DNA of 64,000 bases from Syntrophales bacterium (GCA_026416455.1 JAOAFE010000003.1:79805-143804), one strand, 5' to 3'; positions 1-9,904 are shown, numbered from the stretch's first letter. The notes: generated from the sequence alone by a model not told the origin. Program-made: numbers and translations.

Positions 1-57
1 AGGCATGCAGAGACTCCAAGCACGCTATCTACAAGGTTTGCCCCTAAAAGGCGGCTC

Positions 58-1371
58 TTAATCTACTGGGCCGGACCAGATATGCTTGACTTTGCTTTCT
101 ACGTTGGTCAGAGTTGCCGGTTCTACTAATCTTATTGTTGTGTTGATGCCGATGACGGATCTGATTCTCCTTCTCAGGCTCTCCAGCAGGCGAGTCTGTT
201 CAAGTAATTCCAGAGCGAAAATCTTTTCCGTCACCCCTATTTTAATCTCCACTTGATCCAAAGAACTGCGATGATCAACCAATATTTGAAAAAGGGGTTG
301 TTCTCCCGTTAGGTGGAAAATAATTTGCTCGATCTGAGAGGGAAAGACATTAACCCCTTTTACTATGATCATATCATCCGTCCTCCCTCTTGGTTTTTCC
401 ATGCGTACCAACGTTCGTCCACAGGAACAGGGAGAATAATCGAGTCGAGTCAAATCTCCCGTCCGATAGCGGATGAGGGGAATGGCCTCTTTCACCAAAG
501 TGGTAATAACCAGCTCGCCTACATGGCCGGGAGGCAGGACCTCTCCCGAATGAGGATCGATGATCTCGGGATAAAAGGCGTCTTCAAAAAGGTGAAGTCC
601 CGATTTGTAGACACACTCTCCCGCTATACCGGGCCCGATAATCTCTGAAACCCCATAATTATCCGTAGCCACAATACCCAATCGCTCCTCTATTTCTTTT
701 CTTCTTTCCTCTGTCCAAGGTTCCCCACCAAAGAGACCCAATCTGAGGGCCAATCCATGGGGATTGAGGTTGTGTTCCTCCATAAAATCCGCAATCCGCA
801 GGGCATAAGAAGGAGTACACACGAGAACGGTAGAGCGATAATCTTGCATGATCGTTACCTGCTTTTCCGTATTTCCCGTGCTCATCGGTATGACGGATGC
901 CCCTATGGCTTCAGCACCGTAATGGATTCCAAAGGCACCCGTTTGAAGCCCGTAAAGAAAAGCAATTTGAACTAAATCATCCCTTTCCACCCCGGCGGCC
1001 ACCATAAATCGGGCTACGAGATTGGCCCATGTACGAATGTCGTTTTTTGTATATCCCAAAACAATCGGTTTTATTGATCTTCCTGGAGCGGAATGAAGGC
1101 GCACCACCTCTCGCAAAGGCACAGCGAACATCCCATACGGATAGTTCTCCTGTAGGTCAGTTGGGGAAGTAAAAGGTAATTTTTTGAGATCGCCTAAAGA
1201 TTGAAAATCTTCTGGTACAAAAGAAATTTCGTTGAACAATTTACGGTAGTGCACCACATTTTTGTACACCCGATTCAAAGTGGCCTGAAGTCTCTCGAGC
1301 TGGAGTTGCTCCAAATCTTCTCTCGGCATGCATTCGTGTAAGGGATCCCAAATCTTCATGTTGCCCTCCAT
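58..1371 (-). CDS. phenylacetate-CoA ligase (PaaK)-family adenylate-forming enzyme with divergent P-loop
   Basis: 437-aa ORF. PaaK-like N-terminus (WDPLHECMPREDLEQLQLERL) plus YGVSE, YRTGD and VKGVNVFPSQIE motifs. The usual SSGTTGKPT loop reads SAPGRSIKPI. Confidence 0.8.
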   Translation of the reverse strand: MEGNMKIWDPLHECMPREDLEQLQLERLQATLNRVYKNVVHYRKLFNEISFVPEDFQSLGDLKKLPFTSPTDLQENYPYGMFAVPLREVVRLHSAPGRSIKPIVLGYTKNDIRTWANLVARFMVAAGVERDDLVQIAFLYGLQTGAFGIHYGAEAIGASVIPMSTGNTEKQVTIMQDYRSTVLVCTPSYALRIADFMEEHNLNPHGLALRLGLFGGEPWTEERRKEIEERLGIVATDNYGVSEIIGPGIAGECVYKSGLHLFEDAFYPEIIDPHSGEVLPPGHVGELVITTLVKEAIPLIRYRTGDLTRLDYSPCSCGRTLVRMEKPRGRTDDMIIVKGVNVFPSQIEQIIFHLTGEQPLFQILVDHRSSLDQVEIKIGVTEKIFALELLEQTRLLESLRRRIRSVIGINTTIRLVEPATLTNVESKVKHIWSGPVD

Positions 1372-1373
1372 TT

Positions 1374-2120
1374 TTATCTCTCCCAGATGTCCTTTCTATC
1401 CCGTCCCAAATAGGCCCTCTTTACTTCTTTATTTTCCATTAGTTCCAACGCCTCTCCCTCCATTATAACCTTTCCCGTCTCCAATACGTAGCCTCGATCC
1501 GCAATTCTTAAAGCGGCCTTTGCATTCTGTTCTACCAGGAGAATGGTGGTACCCCCTTGGCGGGCCAAAGCATGAATGACAGAAAAGATTTCCTTAACAA
1601 TAAGGGGCGCCAGTCCCATGGAGGGTTCATCGAGCAGGAGTATCTGTGGCCTTGCCATCAGGGCACGTCCGATAGCGAGCATCTGTTGCTCACCGCCGGA
1701 AAGAGTACCAGCGGGCTGATGACAACGCTCTCTCAGTACAGGAAAGAGATGGAAGATTTTTTCGACCATCTCCTCATACAGGCGTCGTCCTCCCTTTTTG
1801 CGGAGATACAAAAAGGCTCCCAACTCCAAATTTTCCTTGACCGAAAGGGTATTGAAAATTTGTCGGCCTTCCGGAACCTGCGAGATACCTAACTCGACAA
1901 TGCGGTGTGGAGGGAGTTTCTCTATGGCAAATCCATCAAGTAAAATAGAACCTGTCCTCGGTGGTGTAAGACCAGAAATGGTATTGATCAGCGTGGACTT
2001 TCCTGCTCCATTGGCTCCGATAAGGGTCACTATCTCACCTTTTTTGAGGTGCAAAGAGACGTTTTTCAATGCATGGAGCTGACCGTAAAATGTGTTTACG
2101 TTTTTTACGGTTAGCATCAA
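1374..2120 (-). CDS. livF: branched-chain amino acid ABC transporter ATP-binding protein LivF
   Basis: Walker A GANGAGKST, signature LSGGEQQ, Walker B LLLDEPS. LivF-like length of 248 aa. Confidence 0.9.
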   Translation of the reverse strand: MMLTVKNVNTFYGQLHALKNVSLHLKKGEIVTLIGANGAGKSTLINTISGLTPPRTGSILLDGFAIEKLPPHRIVELGISQVPEGRQIFNTLSVKENLELGAFLYLRKKGGRRLYEEMVEKIFHLFPVLRERCHQPAGTLSGGEQQMLAIGRALMARPQILLLDEPSMGLAPLIVKEIFSVIHALARQGGTTILLVEQNAKAALRIADRGYVLETGKVIMEGEALELMENKEVKRAYLGRDRKDIWER

Positions 2121-2869
2121 TCCTCTCCTAAGTAGGCATTGATGACGGCAGAATTATCTTGAATCTCACGAGGGCTCCCTTCAGCCAGTTTCTGCCCTAA
2201 ATTGAGCACAGAGATGTGATCACATACCTCCATGACCAACTCCATATCATGTTCTACCAGCACCACGGTGATGCCCATGTCCCTTATTTTCCTTATCAGA
2301 TCCGCGACACCTGTTGTTTCCCTTGTATTCAGGCCGGCTGCTGGCTCATCCATGAGGATAATTTTGGGTTCCGTTGCCAACGCGCGGGCCACTTCCAGCA
2401 GGCGTCCCTGACCTAAAGGTAGGCTCGCGGCCTCTTTTTCCGCTACCTCGGCCAGACCGCACAACTCTAAACACTTCCATGCTTCTTCAACGATTCTTTT
2501 CTCTTCCTTCCTTTGTTTTGGGAGGCGAAGAGCACAGGACAAGAGCCCGGAAGAGCTCTTCGTGTGCAATCCCACCATCACGTTCTCTAGTACCGTCATG
2601 CGTCCGAAAAGTTCTAAATTCTGGAATGTCCTCACCAAACCCAAGCGTACCAGCTTCTCGGGAGAGAGAAACGATATATTTCTCTCCTCCAGAAAAACCT
2701 CGCCCTCGTCTTGAGGGTACAGTCCTGAAATGATATTAAATAACGTCGTCTTCCCGGCGCCGTTGGGGCCTATTATGCCCGCAATGGTCCCCTTAGAAAT
2801 GGTAAGAGATACGCCCCGGAGTGCTGCCACTCCACCAAAATTTTTACTTACGTTACTTACTTTCAACAT
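2117..2869 (-). CDS. livG: branched-chain amino acid ABC transporter ATP-binding protein LivG
   Basis: FGGVAAL, Walker A GPNGAGKTT and Walker B ILMDEPAAG. 4-nt overlap with livF. Confidence 0.9.
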   Translation of the reverse strand: MLKVSNVSKNFGGVAALRGVSLTISKGTIAGIIGPNGAGKTTLFNIISGLYPQDEGEVFLEERNISFLSPEKLVRLGLVRTFQNLELFGRMTVLENVMVGLHTKSSSGLLSCALRLPKQRKEEKRIVEEAWKCLELCGLAEVAEKEAASLPLGQGRLLEVARALATEPKIILMDEPAAGLNTRETTGVADLIRKIRDMGITVVLVEHDMELVMEVCDHISVLNLGQKLAEGSPREIQDNSAVINAYLGED

Positions 2870-3800
2870 ATACCTTGGCCTTTAGATGACTCACCAAACC
2901 GGCTAATCCACGGGGCATAAACATCATGATGAGAATGAGGAGAAGCCCATAGATAACAATATCAAAATCATGGAACACCCGGAGCCACTCGGGCAGCAAG
3001 GTAAGTATCGCTGCCCCTAAAAATGATCCAAAAACACTCCCTAGTCCTCCCACCACCACCATGGTCAGAAGCTCGACGGAAAAGTTAAAACCGAAAGAAG
3101 CGGGGGCGATGAACGTCACCGTATGGGCATAAAGGCTCCCCGCCAATGAAGAAATAAAGGCTGATGCAGCAAATATCTTGACTTTGAGCAACCAAGCGTC
3201 TACGCCCATAATACGGGCAGCCACTTCAGAATCACTGACTGCTCTCAAGGCTCTTCCAATGCGTGACTGATAGAGGTTCAATGCTAAAAACATAGTAATA
3301 AGGGCAAAAAACCAGACGAGATAAAAGTTTGCCACATCATTATCAAAGGTAAGGGACCCTAACTTCAGATTGGGGATGCCGGGGAATCCGGAGGGACCAC
3401 CAGTCCAATCGACCGTCTCATTGAAGATGATGTATAAAATGATTCCTAATCCCAGCGTTGCCATCGCCAAGTAGTGGCCTCGTAACTTGAGGATGGGAAA
3501 ACCAACGATAAACGCAACCGCCGATACGATCACAGCCGAAACTCCCATTCCTAACCAGGGATTAACCCCGTATTTTGCCGAAAGAATAGCTGATATATAG
3601 GCCCCCAAACCGTAGAGAGCCCCTTGACCGAGAGAGATTTGCCCGGCATATCCAAGGAGTAGATTCAATGCTATGGCAAGCATAGTGTTAATACCGATGA
3701 AAACAAAAACGTGAAGAATATAGCTCTCCTTTAGGATCAGAGGGAGGAAAAGGATACAAACGGAAAAAGCAAAAAACAGGATCTGATCTGTCTTCTTCAT
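2853..3800 (-). CDS. livM: branched-chain amino acid ABC transporter permease LivM
   Basis: 315-aa polytopic membrane ORF with LivM-like sequence (GQISLGQGALYGLGAY). Lies in the liv operon context. Confidence 0.85.
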   Translation of the reverse strand: MKKTDQILFFAFSVCILFLPLILKESYILHVFVFIGINTMLAIALNLLLGYAGQISLGQGALYGLGAYISAILSAKYGVNPWLGMGVSAVIVSAVAFIVGFPILKLRGHYLAMATLGLGIILYIIFNETVDWTGGPSGFPGIPNLKLGSLTFDNDVANFYLVWFFALITMFLALNLYQSRIGRALRAVSDSEVAARIMGVDAWLLKVKIFAASAFISSLAGSLYAHTVTFIAPASFGFNFSVELLTMVVVGGLGSVFGSFLGAAILTLLPEWLRVFHDFDIVIYGLLLILIMMFMPRGLAGLVSHLKAKVYVESK

Positions 3801-3802
3801 CT

Positions 3803-4687
3803 CTATACTCTTTCGATCCCACTTCGTCCTAACAGACCACCGGGTCGGAAAAACAGAATTGCGAGTAAAACGATAAAGGCAATAGCATCCTTATAACCGG
3901 CCGAAATCAAACCGGCCCCTAGGGATTCCAATATGCCTAAGACAAAACCTCCGAGGACAGCTCCCATGCCGCTTCCCATACCGCCTATAATAGCCGCGCA
4001 GAATCCTTTTAAGCCTAGCATGATGCCTACGTCATAGGAGGTCAAAGTAAGGGGAGCAATGATAATACCCGCAAGGGCTCCTAACGCCGAGCTTATTGCG
4101 AATGATATCAGCACCATCGCCCTTACATTTATGCCTGCCAATCCAGCCGCTTTCGGATTTACAGAGCATGCCCGCATGGCCTTACCGTAGATAGTATGGT
4201 AGAAGAAAAGACGATTCAAAATAATGATGATACAGGTGAGACCTAAAATCCACAAATGCTGAGGCATTATCGTCGCTCCCCCTAAATTTATCGCTGTGTC
4301 TCCCGAAAATGAAGGAAGGGGGTAGGTATCCTTACCCCAGACTAGCATGGCAATGCCACGAATAAAAATACTGGCCCCAATCGTTATGATGACGATAGTG
4401 ATGGGAGAAGCGTCTTTTAGCGGATTGACGGCCAGGCGTTCAAAGATGATGCCGACAATTAGGGTAAGCAAGATAGCTAGCAGAATACAGTACACAAGAG
4501 GCCATTGAAGTAAGCTGAGCAGGAAAACAGTTACCATGCCCCCCAGCATCACGAATTCCCCTTGAGCAAAATTGATAATGCCTGTGGCGTTAAAGATGAT
4601 AGCGAAACCGAAGCCAATTATGCCATAGATAGAACCGTTGGCCAATCCCGATAAGATGTATTGAAAAATTTGCGCGCTCGACTCCAT
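3803..4687 (-). CDS. livH: branched-chain amino acid ABC transporter permease LivH
   Basis: 294-aa membrane ORF with LivH-like N-terminus (GLANGSIYGIIGFGFAIIFNATGIINFAQGEF). Confidence 0.85.
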   Translation of the reverse strand: MESSAQIFQYILSGLANGSIYGIIGFGFAIIFNATGIINFAQGEFVMLGGMVTVFLLSLLQWPLVYCILLAILLTLIVGIIFERLAVNPLKDASPITIVIITIGASIFIRGIAMLVWGKDTYPLPSFSGDTAINLGGATIMPQHLWILGLTCIIIILNRLFFYHTIYGKAMRACSVNPKAAGLAGINVRAMVLISFAISSALGALAGIIIAPLTLTSYDVGIMLGLKGFCAAIIGGMGSGMGAVLGGFVLGILESLGAGLISAGYKDAIAFIVLLAILFFRPGGLLGRSGIERV

Positions 4688-4706
4688 AAAAAATCCAGAT
4701 AGTCGT

Positions 4707-4733
4707 GGGGTAAAGGTAGGTTACCTTTACCCC
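4707..4733 (-). promoter_or_regulatory. intercistronic perfect stem-loop between livK-like and livH
   Basis: GGGGTAAAGGT/ACCTTTACCCC forms an 11-bp perfect stem with a 5-nt loop. No U-tract follows on the coding (minus) strand. Confidence 0.5.
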
Positions 4734-4747
4734 GCAGGTTTTTAGTC

Positions 4748-5890
4748 TTACTTTACGAGTGCCCAGGTGCCGTTCCTGACCTGGACCAGCACGAAGGCAT
4801 CAACCGTCAATCCCGCATGATCTTCCGGAGAGAAGGAAAAGATGCCCCCAATTCCGGAGAAGTTTTTCGTTTTTTCCAGCCCATCGCGAATTGCTGCCGG
4901 CGTAAAACCCGAATTCTCCATAGCATTTTTGATCAGCATAACAGCGTCCCACGCATGTCCACCGAAATGATCCCCCTCCGTCTTGAACCGGGCTTTGTAT
5001 TCTTGCACAAAAGAAAGAAGGTGCCTCTTTTGTGGATCCTTATCGGGGAGCAAATCGGCCACTAACACCTTCCCCGAGGGGAGAATGATACCTTCGGCCG
5101 CTTCCCCTGCCAATTCAATGAATTTCTTAGAAGAAACGCCGTGGCTCATATAAAGGGGAATGTTTAGATTCAATTGCTTCACATTCCTTGCCACCACAGC
5201 TGGTCCGGGGTTAGTGCCCCAACAGATGATAGCTTGAGCTTGGGTACCCTTGACCTTAGTAAGCTGGGCAGTCATATCTGTATCTTTAGGGCCAAAAGTA
5301 TCATCTGAGACGATTTGAATGCCATATTTTGGAGCATGAATCTTTAGTTGCTCCCTCCCGGAGGATCCAAATCCGTCCGAGACAGTTAGGATGGCCACTT
5401 TGTTTATTTTTTTCTCCTTTAGATGTTGGAATATCTTTTCCACCGCCAGAGAATCATTTTGCGCCGTTTTAAACACCCATTTCTTCACCGGTTCCGTGAT
5501 TTTAATGCCCGCGGCACAGGAAACTAAAGGGATCTGCGCCTTTTCCACAAGGGGAATCACGGCCATCGTTTCACCCGTCGTACTGGGTCCCATAATGGCT
5601 ACTACCTTGTCTTCTTTGATTAGGCGATCGGCAGCTTGATTCGCCTTGGTAGGATCTCCTTGGGTGTCGTACACGATAAGCTCTAACTTTTTACCCTTTA
5701 CCCCACCGCCTTTATTAATCTTTTCTACCATCATCTGTGCCGTATTGCGTTCCGGTTCCCCTAAGAAAGATGGCGGACCTGTCACAGAAAAAAGGGCCCC
5801 CAGCTTAACTATCTCTGCCGCCTGGGCAGGCACAAAGAGAAAAATAATCGCCGCAAGTAAAATTGATAATCTGAACACTTGTGATTGCAT
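4748..5890 (-). CDS. periplasmic branched-chain amino acid-binding protein (LivK/LivJ family)
   Basis: 380 aa with a signal peptide (LLAAIIFLFVPAQA) and a type-I periplasmic binding protein pattern (KLGALFSVTGP..FLG). First gene of the liv operon. Confidence 0.85.
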   Translation of the reverse strand: MQSQVFRLSILLAAIIFLFVPAQAAEIVKLGALFSVTGPPSFLGEPERNTAQMMVEKINKGGGVKGKKLELIVYDTQGDPTKANQAADRLIKEDKVVAIMGPSTTGETMAVIPLVEKAQIPLVSCAAGIKITEPVKKWVFKTAQNDSLAVEKIFQHLKEKKINKVAILTVSDGFGSSGREQLKIHAPKYGIQIVSDDTFGPKDTDMTAQLTKVKGTQAQAIICWGTNPGPAVVARNVKQLNLNIPLYMSHGVSSKKFIELAGEAAEGIILPSGKVLVADLLPDKDPQKRHLLSFVQEYKARFKTEGDHFGGHAWDAVMLIKNAMENSGFTPAAIRDGLEKTKNFSGIGGIFSFSPEDHAGLTVDAFVLVQVRNGTWALVK

Positions 5891-5960
5891 AATATTTTCA
5901 TCCTCCTCCCATATTATTCTCCCCCAATAGGGTTTAAGACATGGATTTTACTTTGGATTA

Positions 5961-5996
5961 GCCTGCCTGTCCACGGAAGGAACCGTGGCGGCAGGC
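5961..5996. other. GC-rich imperfect hairpin in the livK upstream region
   Basis: GCCTGCC..CCACGG AAGGAA CCGTGG..GGCAGGC gives 7+6 bp of stem. No U-tract on either strand. Function unknown. Confidence 0.35.
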
Positions 5997-6118
5997 ATTA
6001 ATACTTGTAGATCTTAGATTGTATGCGTGGAGTGAATATTTGCGGGGTACTTTGCATGAATCCTCTTTTCGGCAAAGGCTCTTAGCGATTCCTTTCCTAA
6101 AAGATTTATTTTCTCTTG

Positions 6119-6466
6119 TCAAGCATTTGGAGTACCGGATCCCTTTATCTTTTCTAATTCTTCCCGATAAAGTTCCGCCTGGGCACGAATTTTTTCTATC
6201 TCATCTCGCGCCTGAGCGAGCTTCTCTTCCTGCTTACGCTTTTCCTCTCTCATCTTTTCCTGATAGTCATCATAACCTATATAAATGGACAAGATGCCCC
6301 CTAGTATGAACAGTATGGGTAACGAGCCCTTAATTATTATTACCAAATCCCGAAACCAAGCAAAGATACCAACTATTCCCAATGTTAGGGCCACTGCTCC
6401 ACCGATCATCAACGGCATGATACAATCCCCCCCCAGCAATGTGTTAAATCGTTCACTTTGTATCAA
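6119..6466 (-). CDS. small membrane protein with C-terminal charged coiled-coil (hypothetical)
   Basis: Two predicted TM helices followed by the EKMREEKRKQEEKLAQARDEIEKIRAQAELYREELEKI tail. The true start may be Met17 (6418). Confidence 0.5.
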   Translation of the reverse strand: MIQSERFNTLLGGDCIMPLMIGGAVALTLGIVGIFAWFRDLVIIIKGSLPILFILGGILSIYIGYDDYQEKMREEKRKQEEKLAQARDEIEKIRAQAELYREELEKIKGSGTPNA

Positions 6467-6498
6467 ATTTTGCAGCTCGAAGCAAGAAAAAATAAACC

Positions 6499-6527
6499 TT
6501 GCTCATGCTTATTTTTTGAATTATAAT
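6499..6527 (+). promoter_or_regulatory. candidate sigma70 promoter of the his operon
   Basis: TTGCTC, 17-nt spacer, TATAAT. Lies about 38 nt upstream of the hisI ATG. Confidence 0.45.
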
Positions 6528-6564
6528 AAAAATTTATGCTAAACTTAATTTGCGGGGCAAAAAA

Positions 6565-6942
6565 ATGGAAAAACCAGATTTCAAAAAAACCGGAGGGCTT
6601 GTTCCGACCATTGTCCAAGATGACAATACGGGTGAAGTACTTATGCTCGCATATATGAATGAGGAGGCGTGGAATCACACACTGCGTACGGGTCGGGCAA
6701 CCTTTTGGAGTCGCTCCCGAAATAGTTTATGGATTAAGGGCGAAAGTTCAGGACATGTTCAGATTGTAAAAGGAATCTTCCTTGATTGTGACGGAGATAC
6801 GATCCTTCTTAGGGTAGAGCAAATTGGCGGAGCGGCTTGTCATACGGGTTATCGCTCCTGCTTTTATCGTAAATGGGAAAAAGGTTCACTCGTTACGACC
6901 GGAGAAAAAGTCTTTGAACCAGAGGTGGTATATAAAAAATGA
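6565..6942 (+). CDS. hisI: phosphoribosyl-AMP cyclohydrolase HisI
   Basis: [22 protein letters not shown] and C.TG..SCF motifs. ATG at 6565 preferred over the track's TTG at 6550. Confidence 0.9.
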   Translation: MEKPDFKKTGGLVPTIVQDDNTGEVLMLAYMNEEAWNHTLRTGRATFWSRSRNSLWIKGESSGHVQIVKGIFLDCDGDTILLRVEQIGGAACHTGYRSCFYRKWEKGSLVTTGEKVFEPEVVYKK

Positions 6943-7808
6943 AGTTAAAGATTGGAATCCCTAAGGGCAGCTTAGAAGAAAGCACCGTTGAGTTATTCAA
7001 AAGGGCAGGATGGCACATCACGTACGATAGCCGGAGTTATTTCCCCGACATCGACGACGATGAATTGACCTGCACCCTTGTGCGGGCACAAGAAATGTCT
7101 CGTTACGTTGAAGATGGAACCCTCGATTTGGGACTTACAGGAAAAGACTGGATTATGGAAAACAATTCCCAAGTGGTGGTTGTTCAAGATCTTATTTATT
7201 CGAAAGTCTCCTATCGACCGGCCAGATGGGTGGTCGTGGTACGACAGGATTCACCGATTTACAAACTAGAAGATCTGGCAGGGAAAAAGATCTCCACGGA
7301 ACTCGTAAATTTTACTAAAAGATACTTTGCGGAACGCAATATTCCTGTCCAGGTTGAATTCTCTTGGGGTGCCACTGAGGCTAAGGTGGTTGAAGGCTTA
7401 GTAGATGCCATCGTGGAAGTAACAGAAACAGGCTCTACCATCAGAGCCAACAAACTGAGGATAATACACGAGTTGATGACCACTAACCCCCAACTCATCG
7501 CCAATCCCGTGGCATGGGAAGACCCATGGAAGAGAAAAAAGATAGAACAAATACGTATGCTACTAAACGGCTCTCTCGAGGCAGTAGGAAAGGTGGGATT
7601 GAAGCTAAACGTAGCAAGAGAAAACTTAGGTCGGGTCATGTTGCTGCTCCCATCGCTCAAGGCCCCGACCATCTCTCCCTTATATAACGAAGATTGGTTT
7701 GCCGTGGAGACGGTGGTAGATGCCAAGTTGGTGAGAGAACTCATTCCTCTCCTACGAGAAGCCGGAGCAGAGGGATTTTTGGAATATAGCCTGAACAAGG
7801 TAATATGA
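6939..7808 (+). CDS. hisG: ATP phosphoribosyltransferase, long form HisG
   Basis: 289 aa. Motifs [19 protein letters not shown] and [11 protein letters not shown], plus a C-terminal regulatory domain. Confidence 0.9.
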   Translation: MKLKIGIPKGSLEESTVELFKRAGWHITYDSRSYFPDIDDDELTCTLVRAQEMSRYVEDGTLDLGLTGKDWIMENNSQVVVVQDLIYSKVSYRPARWVVVVRQDSPIYKLEDLAGKKISTELVNFTKRYFAERNIPVQVEFSWGATEAKVVEGLVDAIVEVTETGSTIRANKLRIIHELMTTNPQLIANPVAWEDPWKRKKIEQIRMLLNGSLEAVGKVGLKLNVARENLGRVMLLLPSLKAPTISPLYNEDWFAVETVVDAKLVRELIPLLREAGAEGFLEYSLNKVI

Positions 7809-7817
7809 ACATGGGAG

Positions 7818-8411
7818 GTGGCGGTGAAGAGAAAATCGCGTATCGAGCGAAAAACCGCGGAAACGAATGTCGAGGTTGAAATTAATCTGGACGGTTCAGG
7901 TGCTGCCAAAGTTGACACAGATATCCCTTTTCTTGACCATATGCTCACCCTTTTTAGCCGGCACGGACTATTTGATTTGACAATAACAGGGAGAGGGGAT
8001 CGGGCCGTAGACGATCATCATCTAGTAGAGGATGTGGGTATATGCTTGGGCCTTGCGATCTCTCAGGCACTTGGGCAAAAAGAGGGCATAGAAAGATACG
8101 GAGAGGCTTCCGTTCCTATGGATGAAAGCTTAGTCCATGTAGTTGTAGACCTATCAGGTCGACCCTGCCTCATTTATAATGTTGAGTTCGAAGGACAAAG
8201 GATCGGAGATTTCGACCCCTCTCTCATTCGCGAATTCTTTAAAGCCCTCGCCGATAACGGAAAAATAACCTTGCATATAAACCTTCTCTATGGAGTGAAC
8301 GATCACCACATTGCGGAGGCTATTTTTAAAGGTGTGGCTAGGGCCTTAAGAAAAGCCGTCAATCTAAACACGCGAATCGAAGGCATTATGTCCACGAAAG
8401 GAACCCTGTGA
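7818..8411 (+). CDS. hisB: imidazoleglycerol-phosphate dehydratase HisB
   Basis: RKTAETNV, FLDHML, DDHHLVEDVGI and NDHHIAEA motifs. The start may be the second GTG at 7824, after the GGGAGG RBS. Confidence 0.9.
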   Translation: MAVKRKSRIERKTAETNVEVEINLDGSGAAKVDTDIPFLDHMLTLFSRHGLFDLTITGRGDRAVDDHHLVEDVGICLGLAISQALGQKEGIERYGEASVPMDESLVHVVVDLSGRPCLIYNVEFEGQRIGDFDPSLIREFFKALADNGKITLHINLLYGVNDHHIAEAIFKGVARALRKAVNLNTRIEGIMSTKGTL

Positions 8412-9148
8412 TGGGGGAGCAAATAAAACGCGGTCTCGTAATAGGCGATTTTTTTCCCTCGGCAGCTACGAGCATTTTATATCTGCTACTCGCCTTCAGC
8501 CTCGCCAGCTGCCATATGCCGAGTAGTGTTTCTACCTCGTCTCTTCAAGAAACAGAAGGATTTTTAAGAAAAATAGCTGTCCTACCCTTTCAATCGACCT
8601 CTCCTGAGGGTTTTGCCCGTATTTCTGAGGTGGGCACAAAGCCGGCGTCTATCATAAAAAGCTATTCAGATGCCCCTTCTGCCGCCATCGTGGAAGAATT
8701 GTTCTGGGAACAGCTATCTACCTCGCTCAAAATACCCCTTGTATCCCCCTCCAAATCAGCTTCGGCATACGCAGAAATTACATCCTCTTCCTTTAAGATC
8801 ACTTTCCCGGAAGCATTGCGTCGACTGGGAGAAAAACTAGAAGTAGATGCGGTTATAGTTGGATTTGTGTATCGTTATCGAGAACGCATCGGCTACAGTT
8901 ACGGAGTCGATAAACCAGCGTCCGTTTTCTTTGAAATCCAGCTCTATCGATGTCGTGATGGTACCCTTATATGGCGGGCCGTCTTCGATAAGACGCAGAA
9001 GTCGCTGATGGAGGATATGCTGGACATTAAGTCTTTCGTTAAAGAAAAGGGTAAGTGGGTGACGGCAAAAGACCTAACAAAGGAAGGAATCCGAGAGATA
9101 GTGATGCGAATGCAAGGGGAGCTAAAAGGTCTATTGCGGGAGGATTAA
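8408..9148 (+). CDS. lipoprotein of unknown function embedded in the his operon
   Basis: 246 aa with lipobox LAFSLASC. Start overlaps the hisB stop and the gene ends 3 nt before hisA. Motifs KIAVLPFQ and VDAVIVGFVYRYRER. Confidence 0.65.
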   Translation: MMGEQIKRGLVIGDFFPSAATSILYLLLAFSLASCHMPSSVSTSSLQETEGFLRKIAVLPFQSTSPEGFARISEVGTKPASIIKSYSDAPSAAIVEELFWEQLSTSLKIPLVSPSKSASAYAEITSSSFKITFPEALRRLGEKLEVDAVIVGFVYRYRERIGYSYGVDKPASVFFEIQLYRCRDGTLIWRAVFDKTQKSLMEDMLDIKSFVKEKGKWVTAKDLTKEGIREIVMRMQGELKGLLRED

Positions 9149-9151
9149 TGC

Positions 9152-9904
9152 ATGATCGTTATTCCCGCCATTGATTTAAAAGATGGTCGGTGTGTGCGCC
9201 TATCCCAAGGAGATTTCAGCCGTGTGACAATATACGATTCGGATCCCGTATCCGTGGCCAAGAAGTGGCAAGAGGAAGGAGCCGAAAGAATACACGTGGT
9301 GGATCTGGACGGTTCTTTAGCCGGGCAGCCTCGAAATTTTAACGCCATCTACCGGATCACAACCCACCTCAATATCCCCATTGAAGTCGGTGGGGGAATT
9401 AGAGACTTAGAAACTATTGAAACATATCTCTCCTTGGGAGTTAAGTGGGTTATCCTGGGAACAGCAGCCGTTAAAGACGAATCTTTACTCCTCAAGGCCG
9501 CAGAAAGATATTCAGGACGTATAATCCTCGCCTTGGACGCGTTAGATGGCCACATTACCGTCCAGGGGTGGACGGAAAAGACCGGTCTTCCAGCCGTGGA
9601 AATAGCCAAAAGATACGAAAATGCAGGGATTGCCGCTATCATTTATACGGATGTATCTAGGGATGGCATGAAAACGGGGCTTAATCTCGAACAAACCTGT
9701 CGATTGGCCGAAGCCGTGAATGTGCCCGTGATCGCCTCGGGTGGACTTAAAGATCTCTCTGATATAGAAAAATTGATGGAATTCGAAGACAAGGGCATTA
9801 TGGGAGTGATCGTGGGTCGGGCATTGTATACGGGAGATTTATGTCTCCCGGAAGCCATCAAATTGACAAAAAAAGAGAGAAAGGAGGTGTCTTATGATGG
9901 ATGA
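9152..9904 (+). CDS. hisA: ProFAR isomerase HisA
   Basis: IPAIDLKDGRCVRL, HVVDLDG, GGGIR, TDVSRDG and GVIVGRALY motifs. Confidence 0.9.
   Translation: MIVIPAIDLKDGRCVRLSQGDFSRVTIYDSDPVSVAKKWQEEGAERIHVVDLDGSLAGQPRNFNAIYRITTHLNIPIEVGGGIRDLETIETYLSLGVKWVILGTAAVKDESLLLKAAERYSGRIILALDALDGHITVQGWTEKTGLPAVEIAKRYENAGIAAIIYTDVSRDGMKTGLNLEQTCRLAEAVNVPVIASGGLKDLSDIEKLMEFEDKGIMGVIVGRALYTGDLCLPEAIKLTKKERKEVSYDG

Noticed and set aside
7259-7948. 229-aa ORF on the minus strand
   Set aside because: It lies entirely antisense to the well-supported hisG and hisB genes. Its Ser/Thr/Ala-rich low-complexity translation is typical of antisense frames, and there is no RBS.
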